Of a DNA stretch of 64,000 nucleotides, positions 10,767 to 21,639 are shown piece after piece. The translations under genes and the position numbers were made by a program. Positions within the stretch are counted from its first letter, which is position 1, and the number at the start of each line of letters is the position of its first letter. The stretch comes from Podarcis pityusensis. Its lineage: Eukaryota. Below the pieces are notes generated by a model, which did no database searches, had not been told where the DNA came from, and saw only the letters and a list, made by a program, of their open reading frames with translations. The stretch lies in assembly GCA_964106645.2 (NCBI GenBank), contig OZ067045.1, one strand, 5' to 3'.

Positions 10767-13639
10767 GTATGGGTTGAACTCAGGATAAATAAGAGGATGG
10801 AATCGCCTGGTTCATAGCCACAGGGCATGAGGTGGCCGGCCCCCACTCCTTTAGATGGCTTTCAGAAAAAGAGTATCTACATTATGAATGAAGGAGAACT
10901 CAGCCAAGAGTTTACTGGCCAGGAGAGCAATAATAATAACAACAGAATTTCCACATGCAGAGGCATTCTCTCTCAGAGGTTCTGATACCAGGAACAAACC
11001 ATGGCCTTTGTCTCGTTCATTCAGGCTCCTTAGGGGCCTAGAGACATATCTCTGGGCAGATGGACCTCTGGTCAGAATCTGCAAAGCAAGTGGTGTGTTT
11101 GAATGGGAAGCCTGGAGAGAAGGTCAGACTAGACCGTCCTTGGCAGGCTGGGGAGGTGCTCTCAAAATGCAGCGCAGAGAGGGGGCAACTCAAAATCCAG
11201 CCCTGAGCGATTATAGTCTAGGAATGAAGAATGAGCACCAGCTGATAACAGCAGCAGAGTAGGAATTTTTTTACAGGCTGCTTATATGCTGTTCTACAGA
11301 GCTCCTGCAAGCCTCAAAACAAGATGCCCAATCGATTCTGCCAGGAGATATGGAAAACCTCTCTGGATGCTTTTCTGATATGGATCAGGCACTGAAAGCC
11401 ATTTTGTGGGCTCTGTGTGCAGATATGGTGGGATGGGAAGAAGTGGCAAAGCTACCTGTTCTGGCACCGGGAGCGGCGTACATCCAGGGGCGTGGCTGGT
11501 GTGCACCCCAAGGGGCGTGACACGCATCCCAGGAGGCGTGATGTGCCACCCGCGGGTGTGTGACACATGTGGGGGGGGGGTGCAAGGCAAGCGATGTCAC
11601 CCCCCGGGTGGCACCTGGGGTGGACTGCCCCTCCACCTTCGTCCACCAGTGATGGGGAGGAGTCTGCATTTCCAACTCACCCAGGCTGCATATGCAAAAT
11701 AGCTTTGAAGCACATTTAGAGCACATTTCCCTCCCTCAAAGAGTTACGGGCACTGTCGAGTTGCTGGGAATTGTAATTCCTTGAGGAGTGAACTGCTGTG
11801 CCTAGAATTCTGAGGGGGAGAACATGCTCTGAAGGTCTAGTAGTATGTACACAGCCTGTACAGACTCAGCAAAAACTCATTTTTTTCTCACACACTCTGA
11901 TTTCCAGTAGCTTAGTCACCACCACTCCCTGAAAGGGATGGTATTGGGTAGAGTCAAAGAGGGTTCTTACAACAATATAGGCATGCTAATTTGTAGCCTG
12001 AGCATTTTGCTCCCTGGAGAATCACCCATCTGTTGCACTGAACCTTCCTAAAGTGTCTGCACTGTGTCCTTTTTGCAGCCTTCAGTTGTGGGGTCCCGAG
12101 CTACAAGCCCAAAGCAAGCCGAATTGTCGGAGGAGAGGATGCCAATCCGAACAGCTGGCCCTGGCAGGTAAGAGGCTCTCTTGCAGTGTTTTTTGTACAA
12201 CTAATTTTCTTTCTGTTACGGGAAGTGTTTTTCTCCCTCTCTTATAGGCAGGGCTGGCCCACCTATGAGTCAAGGTAAGGCGACAACCTTGGGCGGCAAG
12301 ATCCATGGGGCCAGCAGACCCCAATGTACCGTAGATCTTTATTCCCTACAGGCGCCAAAATAACTTGGGCCAGCTCTGCTTGTAATGCTAGAACCCACAG
12401 ACATCCCATAAAGCCAAATGTTGGGAGATTCAGGACTGATGTAAGAAATTCCTTCTTGAGGCAGGGCACGGTTAATCTGTGGAACTCACTCCCACAGGAG
12501 GCAGTGATGCCCCTCAACGTGGGTGGATTTAAAAGAGGATGACTACCCATATTTATAATTCATTTCTGCATACTTATTGTTATTCTTGCTGATTTTATCT
12601 GTGCATGATTGATAATTATCGTGTGTGTGTGGTTCTTATTATTGCCTTGGATGGTTATATATGGGGTGTATCCAAGTCCTACTCAGAGGAGATTAACAGG
12701 TCTTAGTGGGTTTATGTTAGTCATACCATTAATTTCAATGGATCTGCTCTGGGTAAGACTAGCATTGGATGCAACCCATTATCTTTTGTACACCAATTAG
12801 AGATTTTAAAATTTATTATTAGCAGTTGTAATCGATCATTTCAGTAGTTTAAATTTTGTTTAGTATTCTGAGAAGGATTTTCAGGAGCAAACTCGTTTAG
12901 ACTCTGATTTGGATAGTGTGACGGGAGGTCCAGGGTCCAGGCTCATCCTGCCTATCATTCCCAGGCTTCCCTTCAATACTCTTCTTCCAGTGGGAAGTGG
13001 CATCACACATGCGGTGGGTCCCTCATCGCCACCAACTGGGTCATGACAGCCGCTCACTGTATCAGGTACGTCAACAGCCAGATGAAAACAACTGCTTTCA
13101 CGTACGACTCTGGGATCCTTTGCAAATTTTGCCTTTTCTGGACCAGGATAAACCTGATTGCTGTTATCCATGTTGCTAGGAAGCTCCAGGCTGGACTACT
13201 GCAATGTGCTCCACGTGGGGCTGCCCCTGAGGTTAGCCTGGAAGCTCCGCCTGGTGCAAATATAGAGGCTATTCACCCCAAATGGAAACAGATTTTGCAC
13301 CAGTGTGTCCATCTCTCTACTTTAGACATTTCCTAGTGTTGTCTCTCACACCAGTGTGACTAAGAAGTAGACACCAGGGTGGCACTATGCAGATGACAGG
13401 ATGAGGATGACGTGGGCCTGATTTTCACGGGGAGATCTGTCCTGAACAGACTGCAGTCTTAGGGTTGAGGTGCCTGTTTCCTATCTCTTTCTGCTCCTTA
13501 GCCCATAACCAAAAGTATGTGTAACTAAAATTATGACACCTTCTTCCTCTTAACCTCTCTACCCCAGTCCCTGGACAAGCTCCTTGGAGCAGGGAATCTT
13601 ATCCTCTGTTATCTGGAACAAACATTCACATTTGCAATC

Positions 13640-13675
<36 letters not shown>

Positions 13676-16600
13676 TCTGATTGCCCACTCCATTTCTTCA
13701 TTTTTTTTTATAGTTCTTCTCGGACCTATAGGGTCTACCTCGGAAAACACAGTCTCTCAGCCAGCGAGAAAGGATCAGTTGCTGTCTCCCCGGAAAAAAT
13801 CATCATTCACCCAAAGTGGGACTCAAGTAGCGTGTCCAGCGGGTAACTTAATAGCTTTTCATGAAACGAGTATAGAAGGAACTAGGATTCCCAACAGATT
13901 TGGCAGGGTGGAGACAGAAGGGATGAAATTGGGGGCATACTTACTTCTGGGAAAAAATATATATCCAGAATTGTTTTTCTTTTAGTACCAAAGCCAGAAT
14001 TTAGAGCTTGCTATGCCCCTTCCCACTATTTTGCCCCCTGAGTCAAGCTTGGGATTTATGAGCAAAAGTCACCATCAGCATTTATTTATCTACTCAGAGC
14101 ACCTGCTTGAATTGCGTAGGCTGCATTTGTTTGCTATGAAGCCGCCTTGTGGAGATGAATCTCAGAGCACCGCTCTGTTTGAAGGGCTGTCAAAGAAGTA
14201 CTGTAAAACAGGAGCACAAGAGGAGCCTTGCAGTTACCCATCAGCAGGCACGTGAACAGCAGGCACCCAGCTCACCTGGTCTTTCCCACCACAGTGGGAC
14301 ACACTGCATTTCTATTTGAATGGCAGTAATTTTAAATCTGCACCTGCACATCTAAATCAGGACATGCCTATTTTATACAAAAATGTGTCCTATTTCTCTT
14401 GGCTCGTTGGTGATGCATTCCATTTCTGCTTAAGTTATTATTTCTAAATGTGCATCTATAGGTAAAGGTAAAGGGACCCCTGACCATTAGGTCCAGTCGT
14501 GGCCAACTCTGGGGTTGCGGCACTCATCTCGCTTTACTGGCCGAGGGAGCCGGCGTACAGCTTCCGGGTCATGTGGCCAGCAGGACTAAGCCGCTTCTGG
14601 CGAACCAGAGCAGCGCACGGAAACGCCGTTTACCTTCCTGCCAGAGTGGTACCTATTTATCTACTTGCACTTTGATGTGCTTTCGAACTGCTAGGTTGGC
14701 AGGAGCAGGGACCGAGCAACGGGAGCTCACCCCGTCGCAGGGATTTGAACCGCCAACCTTCTGATCAGCAAGCCCTAGGCTCTGTGGTTTAATCCACAGC
14801 GCCACCCGCGTGCATCTACATGCATATAAATTAGCATGTGAAAATGTGCTTGCAGATCTCTGATTTCCTCTATTTTGGCACAGCGTCAGTGTGTTCCCCT
14901 ACCTTGAGTGATTTAGCGTATCCTTCTGGAGATGTTTGAGTCAAAGTGCTGGGGTTGTACTTAACATGGTGGTGGGATGTATCTTGTTTTGACTTTGTGG
15001 GAGATCTGGGATACATTGCATTACCATGAGCATAACACAGAGCACCCCATATCTCCCACAGTCAAAAACCAGAACCAGCTGTACCTGCTTTGGGTAAGCT
15101 GAGAATCACTCTGGTGACCTCCAAATGTTTTGGACAACTAACTCCCATCAGCCCCCTGGAGCACAGCCCTTTGAAGCTGGAGCTGATGGGAGATGTAGTC
15201 CAAAACGTCCAGAAGGCACCAAGTTGCAAAAGCTGCACCAGACACCCTGTCCTTTCTCTCTCTCCCTGCGGAAACCAGGAATGATATTGCGCTGATCAAA
15301 CTCTCCAAACACGTCACCCTGAGCGACAAGATCCAGTTGGTGTGTCTTCCAAAGGCCAACAGCATCTTAGCCTCCAACTCTCCCTGCTATGCTACAGGAT
15401 GGGGGAGGCTGCAAAGTAAGTAATGTTATGATTCCCCCCCCACACTGTTTGATGCACCAGATCCATCCTTCTGGGTTGCCACACAGACACGATTCCCTTT
15501 TGGCCCACAGCCAATGGCTTATTCAGCTCCAGTGGAAAAGCAGATAGATTTGGCCAGGAAATAAATGTCCCCACCACGAAGTTCAAAATTATTGAGCTAT
15601 GGAGGGGCAGGACACTAGCGCAAGGGGTGGGCAAACACTCCCCCATCACAAGGGCCATTACCATCGTAGGAAAACTTCTGGCCAATAGTAGGTGCAGTCA
15701 GAGGCAAATGAGGATGGAGCCATGGATGTACAGTGGTACCTCGGGTTACAGACGCTTCAGGTTACAGATGCTTCAGGTTACAGACTCCGCTAACTGAGAA
15801 ATAGTACTTTGTTTCAGGATGAGAACAGAAACCGTGCAGCGATGGCATGGCAGGCCCCATTAGCTGAAGTGGTACTCAGGTTAAGAACTATTTCAGGTTA
15901 AGAACGGACCTCCAGAACGAATTAAGTTCTTAACCCGAGGTACCACTGTATCTCCTACACAAAAGTCAGAGGTTTACACCCGGACACCCCTTTCTGGCCA
16001 GGCATGCAAGAGGCATGATTACAGTTCAAAGATACAGTGGTGCCTCTGCTTACGTACTTAATTTGTTCTGGAGGTCTGTTCTTAACCTGAAACTGTTCTT
16101 AACCTGAAGCACCACTTTAGCTAATGGGGCCTCCCACTGCTGCTGCACCACGGCCACGCAATTTCTGTTCTCATCCTGAAGCAAAGTTCTTAACCCGAAG
16201 TGCTATATTTCTGGGTTAGCGGAGTATGTAACCTGAAGCATATGTAACCCGAGGTACCACTGTATATCCCAGCCTGCCGAAAGCACTTGAGAAAGGCATG
16301 GATTGGACAGGGCCTTCAGGAATCAGCATGTGGAGAGCAGACTGCCCATTGGGTCTCTGGATGAGTCACTGCCCTGGGTTCACCCTGCTTTCCATTAGCG
16401 CCATTCAGAGGTGGGTCATTTGGCCTCATAATTTCACTGGCTGCGGTTCGATGGCGTTGATATACGGTCAATGAGAAAAGAGGGACAGACTGTGGTACAG
16501 TGGTACCTCGGGTTAAGTACTGAATTCGTTCTGGAGGTCCATTCTTAACCTGAAACTGTTCTTAACCTGAAGCACCACTTTAGCTAATGGGGCCTCCTGC

Positions 16601-18172
16601 CGCTGCCGCACCGCTGGAGCACGATTTCTGTTCTCATCCTGAAGCAAAGTTCTTAACCCGAGGTACTATTTCTGGGTTAGCGGAGTATGTAACCTGAAAC
16701 ATATGTAACCTGAAGCATATGTAACCCGAGGTACCAGTGTATATCCCAGCCTGCTGAAAGCACTTGAGAAAGGCATGGATTGGACAGGGCCTTCAGGAAT
16801 CAGCATGTGGAGAGCAGACTGAGCAGACACACAGCTATGGCTTGGGGAGAATCCCAAGAGCCTTCTGACCTGCCCCCTAGATCCCCCAGCCCTGCGGCAG
16901 TAACCCAAGATCGGTTCCAAGAACATCCTCCTTTGCCATCAGCAGCCCCTTGTGTTTGGTCTCTTCCAGCTGACGGTGCGTCCCCGGATATCCTGCAGCA
17001 GGGGCGCCTGCTCGTGGTGGATTACGCCACCTGCTCCAAGTCCAGCTGGTGGGGCAGCTCGGTGAAAAGCAGCATGGTCTGCCCGGGGGGCGACGGCGTG
17101 ATCTCCAGCTGCAAGGTGAGCACCTGGCACGCAGGTGCGGCAGCAGCGGCTGCCCGGTCCCTCAGCCAGAAGAAGCGCCGCATCTTGCAATCCAACTCAC
17201 CGGGTTTGCAAGGCGCAATTTTATCTTGGCGTTCGTTGCCACAAGGTTGAGTTTTCAAAGGCGGCGTGCTTCTGAATACCAGATGCTCGGAGGATGCTTG
17301 AGGGAGAAGGGTGGGTGGTTGCATCTAAACACCCCCCCAATTATCCAATATTGGAAGCAGAAGCAGGATACTGGGGTAGAGGACTTAGAGCCGTGCGTGG
17401 GCTTCCCTTTCAAAGCATTGCATTAAGGGCGCAGATCTGTGGACACAGCCCTGGGCTAGCCAGGATTTATGTTAAGAGGACACCTACTCGTCATCACCTT
17501 CTGTCTGGCTCTGTCAGACAGTTGTTGTTGTTTTATTTCTTTTTTTAAAAGTTGTTTTATTTCTTTTTTAAAAAAAAATTATTTTTTATTCATTTTTGCC
17601 TTTAACAAATATCATCACAAATAAATCACAATCATATAAACATAGGATTCTCTGAATCCCTGGACTTCCCTCCACTCTTCCATGGTTTCCATCGTTATTC
17701 TTTTCCAACTGCATCTTATAATGTTCTCCATCTTTTCTTAATACTTAATTCTCACCATAGTTCTAGCTGTGTTGCAAGTGTTGTTTTTTTAGAATCCTGT
17801 TTTTAATTGTTTACAGTGTTCTTTAAAGTAACTTAAAAAAATTTCCCCATTCTTTATTAAATTTGTTATCTTCTTGATATCTTCTTTATTTTGACCCCAG
17901 GTGCTCAGAAAAATCCTTCAAAATCTTTCTACAATTTCTACTTTAGTATTTTTATTTATTTACTTGATTTATGGAGGGCAGCTGTGCTCCCCCCACCTCC
18001 CTGACTATGCCCATGGGCACTGCCCCATTCTTCTTCCTCACATGGGGTGCCCTCTGGAGGCAGCCCTGTTTAGGTAAGTTTTTAATGTTTTTGTGTTTTT
18101 AATATTCTGTTTGGAGCTGCCCAGAGTGGCTGGGGAAACCCAGCCAGATGGGCGTGGTATAAATACAGTAAG

Positions 18173-18221
<49 letters not shown>

Positions 18222-19603
18222 AGCAGGGGTTCATGACCCAACCCTGGGAGATATAAGCGTCTTCCTTTTTTTGTAAATAGTTTTTATTAAGTTTTACAAT
18301 TTTATATTCGTCACAATCACTTTATCTCAAAAAGAAAAGAAAAAATATAATTCTCCAGTTGCCTCACTCCTCCCCTCACAACTTCCCCTCAACTTCCTCT
18401 TCTGGTTGTTTACATATTAACTTCTCCTGCTTGTTATATTGTACCTTAATATTACATTCTTGAATTGAATATTGTTCTATTCTTGTCATTTAATTATTTT
18501 CAAATTGCTTCATATGCTTTTTTATTTTCCAATTATTATGTCTTAATCTCTGTGTTTGTTTTCTTGATTGTGTTTACTCAAATCCTGCTAGTGAGTCCAC
18601 TTCTTTACAATATTTCTGTAAATACGATGTAAGTGATTCTGGGAGATATAAGCTTCAAGCATGCAGCAGCAAGGGCCATGTAGTTCAAGCAAGCCAAGGT
18701 TAAGCAGGGGGATTCAGGATAGGCCCAAAACGTGATCCAGCGGCAGCTGAGCATGGCTTGGCCCAAATTGCCTGGTAGGCCAGAGTCTCCCCACTTCTGT
18801 CCAAGAGCCTGTCTGGTGGCAGTGAATCAGGCTGGCTGCCACAAAGATGACCGGGCCTTAGCCGCTCGGAAAAAATCAATTTTGATTCCCCAGTCGTCTC
18901 CAAGGGGAAAACTCAGAGCATTCTTCCCAAAAAAGCAGCTCCATCATATTCTGTTTGGTTGTTTCCAGGGGGACTCGGGCGGCCCACTCAACTGCAAACC
19001 CTCCAGTGGAAAGTGGGAGGTTCACGGTATAGGCAGCTTTGTCTCCTCCAGCGGGTGCAACACCTACCGCAAACCCACTGTTTTCACACGGGTCTCTGCT
19101 TTCAACGACTGGATCGCTCAGGTGAGCTCTGCACTTTGAGGCGGCTCAACAACCCTTCCTGCTTAACAGGGGATGCGTTGCAGAGCCAGTGTGGCGCAGT
19201 GATTAGGGCATCTGCCTAGGAACCGGGAGAGACCAGGGTTCAAAACCCCACTCAGCCATGCAGCTCGCTGGCTCAGTCGCTGCCTCTTGGCCTAACCTAC
19301 CTAACAGGATTGTTGTCAGGATGAAATGGGGGGTAGGGTGGAACTATCCAGGCCACCCTGAGCTCTTTGGAAGAAAGGTGGGCTAGAGAGGTAATAAATT
19401 AGTAGTAAACAATGCTCATTGTCATCCTGGTTTGGGTTTCTGGATTTTGTACGTGTTGAGTTTGCGATAGCTTTTAGCTCCCTCCGTTCCTTTGGTTGAG
19501 AGAGCTGTCCCTTCATTACCAAGAGACACCCTCATATTAAAGAAATAATAATAATAATAATAATTTTCCTTTGCATTTTCTGTAGATGATGGCGAAATAT
19601 TAA
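10724..19603 (+). CDS. CELA2A: Chymotrypsin-like elastase 2A-like, 8 coding exons, 271 aa: join(10724-10766,12079-12167,12965-13065,13714-13842,15279-15415,16970-17115,18969-19121,19586-19603)
   Basis: All junctions are GT-AG and in phase, 816 nt, triad intact. Exon 6 ([15 protein letters not shown]...WWGSSVK...GGDGVISSC) and exon 5 (SDKIQL.CLP, GWGRLQT) match recalled CELA2A. May be a paralog rather than the strict ortholog. Confidence 0.8.
12079..12167 (+). CDS. CELA2A: CELA2A-like exon 2 ([30 protein letters not shown])
   Basis: 89 nt, activation site, AG/GT borders. Confidence 0.92.
12965..13065 (+). CDS. CELA2A: CELA2A-like exon 3 ([33 protein letters not shown])
   Basis: His57 motif, 101 nt, AG/GT borders. 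Confidence 0.92.
13640..13670. repeat. (ATT)n microsatellite
   Basis: Seen directly. Confidence 0.9.
13714..13842 (+). CDS. CELA2A: CELA2A-like exon 4 ([42 protein letters not shown])
   Basis: 129 nt, phase 2/2, AG/GT borders. Confidence 0.92.
14460..14810 (-). mobile_element. Sauria SINE
   Basis: Same family; TSD GTGCATCTA. Confidence 0.9.
15279..15415 (+). CDS. CELA2A: CELA2A-like exon 5 ([24 protein letters not shown]...GWGRLQ)
   Basis: Asp102 motif, 137 nt, AG/GT borders. Confidence 0.92.
15731..15948. mobile_element. Tc1/mariner MITE, same family, opposite orientation
   Basis: TIRs plus TA TSD. Confidence 0.85.
16035..16262. mobile_element. Tc1/mariner MITE, same family
   Basis: TIRs plus TA TSD. 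Confidence 0.85.
16498..16739. mobile_element. Tc1/mariner MITE, same family (apparently chimeric copy)
   Basis: TIRs plus TA; 5' part nearly identical to the copy at 104. Confidence 0.85.
16970..17115 (+). CDS. CELA2A: CELA2A-like exon 6 ([49 protein letters not shown])
   Basis: 146 nt, AG/GT borders. Confidence 0.92.
18172..18221. repeat. (GTT)n microsatellite
   Basis: Seen directly. Confidence 0.9.
18969..19121 (+). CDS. CELA2A: CELA2A-like exon 7 ([51 protein letters not shown])
   Basis: Ser195 motif, 153 nt, AG/GT borders. Confidence 0.92.
19185..19400 (+). mobile_element. tRNA-derived SINE (Squam3/L2-tail-like)
   Basis: A box TGGCGCAGTG, B box GGTTCAAAACC, body CTAACCTACCT..CAGGATTGTTGT. 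Confidence 0.55.
19586..19603 (+). CDS. CELA2A: CELA2A-like exon 8 coding part (MMAKY*)
   Basis: Polypyrimidine tract plus TAG acceptor, 18 nt, AATAAA at 19667. Confidence 0.82.
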   Translation: MMAKY

Positions 19604-19666
19604 CACAAGGAGTGTCGGAGTGCAGTGAGAACCTGCCACGAGTTCTATAACAAAAACCGACTGTGG

Positions 19667-19672
19667 AATAAA
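19667..19672 (+). terminator. CELA2A-like polyadenylation signal AATAAA
   Basis: About 65 nt after the stop codon. Confidence 0.75.
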
Positions 19673-19676
19673 CTTA

Positions 19677-19685
19677 CATCCATCC

Positions 19686-19728
<43 letters not shown>

Positions 19729-19740
19729 ATCTATCTCTAT
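19677..19740. repeat. (TCTA)n microsatellite right after the CELA2A-like polyA signal
   Basis: Seen directly. Confidence 0.9.
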
Positions 19741-20382
19741 AGTTTTTATTGTAAGTGCATGTGTGGGCCAAGTTTTTGGCACTTTCAGGGCTTGTTTCTG
19801 TCCAGAGCTCTTCCCTTTTGCACCCCTCTCCTTGCTGATCTATGGTCATTCCACCCTCAATTGTGAGGCCAGCTGCCCATTGCCCACATCCAGAGGCAGC
19901 AGGGAGAAGGTTCTGTAGCCAGAATGTGCACTGAAGCAAGAGCTCAGCTCTTGTTGCATGTTAAAGGACCAATTTTGGAAAATTGGTAGCAACCGCTGAG
20001 AACCAAACAGGTGCCCTCAAACAAAGGAACCCTTCAAGGACACCCACGTCTCAGCCCTATCAGGGAACAAGTGTAGAACCAGCTGGCGGTTCCCAGTGCC
20101 CCCAGCATTGCTAAATATCAAACTGGAGAGCAGCAAGGTGGGAGGGAGAACATTGGGGAAGCCCTTGATCGCCAAAGAAATAACAAATAAATTAGCCTCG
20201 CCAACCTGCGGCCTTCCAGATGTTTTGGGATGTCAACTGCGATCAGCTGGTAGATATGATAGTCAAAAACCGCTGTAAGACGCCAGGTTGGCAAAGCCTG
20301 AAATTAGGGATTAAAGAAGGCATCATTATTTGTTCCACCTTCATGTTGGCCACGTTCAGCATTGTCAATACAATCTTGTTCT

Positions 20383-20987
20383 GTTGTTGTTGTTGTTTAG
20401 TCGTGTCCGACTCTTCGTGACCCCATGGACCAGAGCACGCCAGGCACTCCTGTCTTTCACTGCCTCCCGCAGTTTGGTCAAACTCATGCTGGTAGCTTCG
20501 AGAACAGTCCAGCCATCTCGTCCTCTGTTGTCCCCTTCTCCTTGTGCCCTCCATCTTTCCCAACATCAGGGTCTTTTCCAGGGAGTCTTCTCTTCTCATG
20601 AGGTGGCCAAAGTATTGGAGCCTCAGCTTCAGGATCTTATCCTTCCAGTGAGCACTCAGGGCTGATTTCCTTAAGAATGGATAGGTTTGATCTTTTTGCA
20701 GTCCATGGGACTCTCAAGAGTCTCCTCCAGCACCATAATTCAAAAGCATCAATTCTTCGGCGATCAGCCTTCTTTATGGTCCAGCTCTCACTTCCATACA
20801 TCACTACTGGGAAAACCATAGCTTTAACTATACGGACCTTTGTTGGCAAGATGATGTCTCTGCTTTTTAAGATGCTGTCTAGGTTTGTCATTGCTTTTCT
20901 CCCAAGAAGCAGGCGTCTTTTAATTTCGTGGCTGCTGTCACCATCTGCAGTGATCATGGAGCCCAAGAAAGTAAAATCTCTCACTGC
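20383..20987 (-). mobile_element. BovB (RTE) LINE, 5'-truncated 3' fragment
   Basis: Translation FLGSMITADGDSSHEIKRRLLLGRKAM...YGSESWTIKKA..RRIDAFELWCWRRLLRVPWT...SLEKTLMLGK; (CAA)n tail; frameshifted. Confidence 0.92.
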
Positions 20988-21051
20988 CGCAGAGGGTTTT
21001 AAGGGCTTGACTAATTTGATTGGGTTATATTTTATTTTATTGGGTTATAGC

Positions 21052-21232
21052 CAGTGCTTTCTTTTTCGGGGGGGGGGATGCAGGGGTACACATAGCCCTA
21101 AACATTTTGTGAATCTTTGTACTTATGTCAATTTACTGTATTTATTTTTCCCGATTTGAACTATAAAATGGTGATTTTCTTGAGTCAAAATGAGAGTACC
21201 CCTAAACATTTTTTTAAAGGAAAAAAGCACTG
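21052..21232. mobile_element. hAT-type MITE
   Basis: TIR CAGTGCTTT, 8-bp TSD GTTATAGC; second copy at 56534. Confidence 0.8.
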
Positions 21233-21633
21233 GTTATAGCCAATTCTAGAGTTACTCGGAGTAGACCCATTGAAGTTACGCGGTGTAACTTTTTGGACTG
21301 AGTTTTACTGTTTTATCAATAATTATTTTATACGTACCACTTACCTTTTCCCTATTAAGCTGTCTATAAATCTTTCTGAGTGAAAACAAAACAGGGGCAG
21401 GCTCTTTTTCATAAAGCTCCTCACATTTCCTGAGCATTCGCGGTCTTAAATCCTAGCTTCGTCAATGGTACACTTTCAGATGTGCTTCACAGCAAACTCA
21501 GCCACAAGAACTTGAGCAGCTGGCAAAATTCTAACCTTAAAGTGATATCAGTTTTTGTTTCTCTCCCCCCCCCACACACAAAAAGGAAGTAAACACAGCT
21601 CTGGACCACACAACATGCTTATGAAATATATTT

Positions 21634-21639
21634 TTTAAT
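21634..21639 (-). terminator. Candidate EFHD2 polyadenylation signal ATTAAA (implies a 3'UTR of about 4 kb)
   Basis: U-rich, repeat-poor minus-strand sequence upstream of it and GU-rich sequence downstream; no transcript evidence. Confidence 0.4.

Noticed and set aside
18038-18241. PolyQ ORF and other short ORFs in the track
   Set aside because: These are translations of microsatellites, SINEs, MITEs or antisense frames of real exons, with no splice or homology support.
10724-19603. CELA2-like gene as a pseudogene, because several exons are missing from the ORF track
   Set aside because: All eight exons were found with canonical splice sites, a continuous frame, an intact triad and a polyA signal.
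20383-20987. BovB as evidence of a new horizontal transfer or bovine contamination
   Set aside because: BovB is a long-known resident of squamate genomes and the partner LINE of Sauria SINEs.
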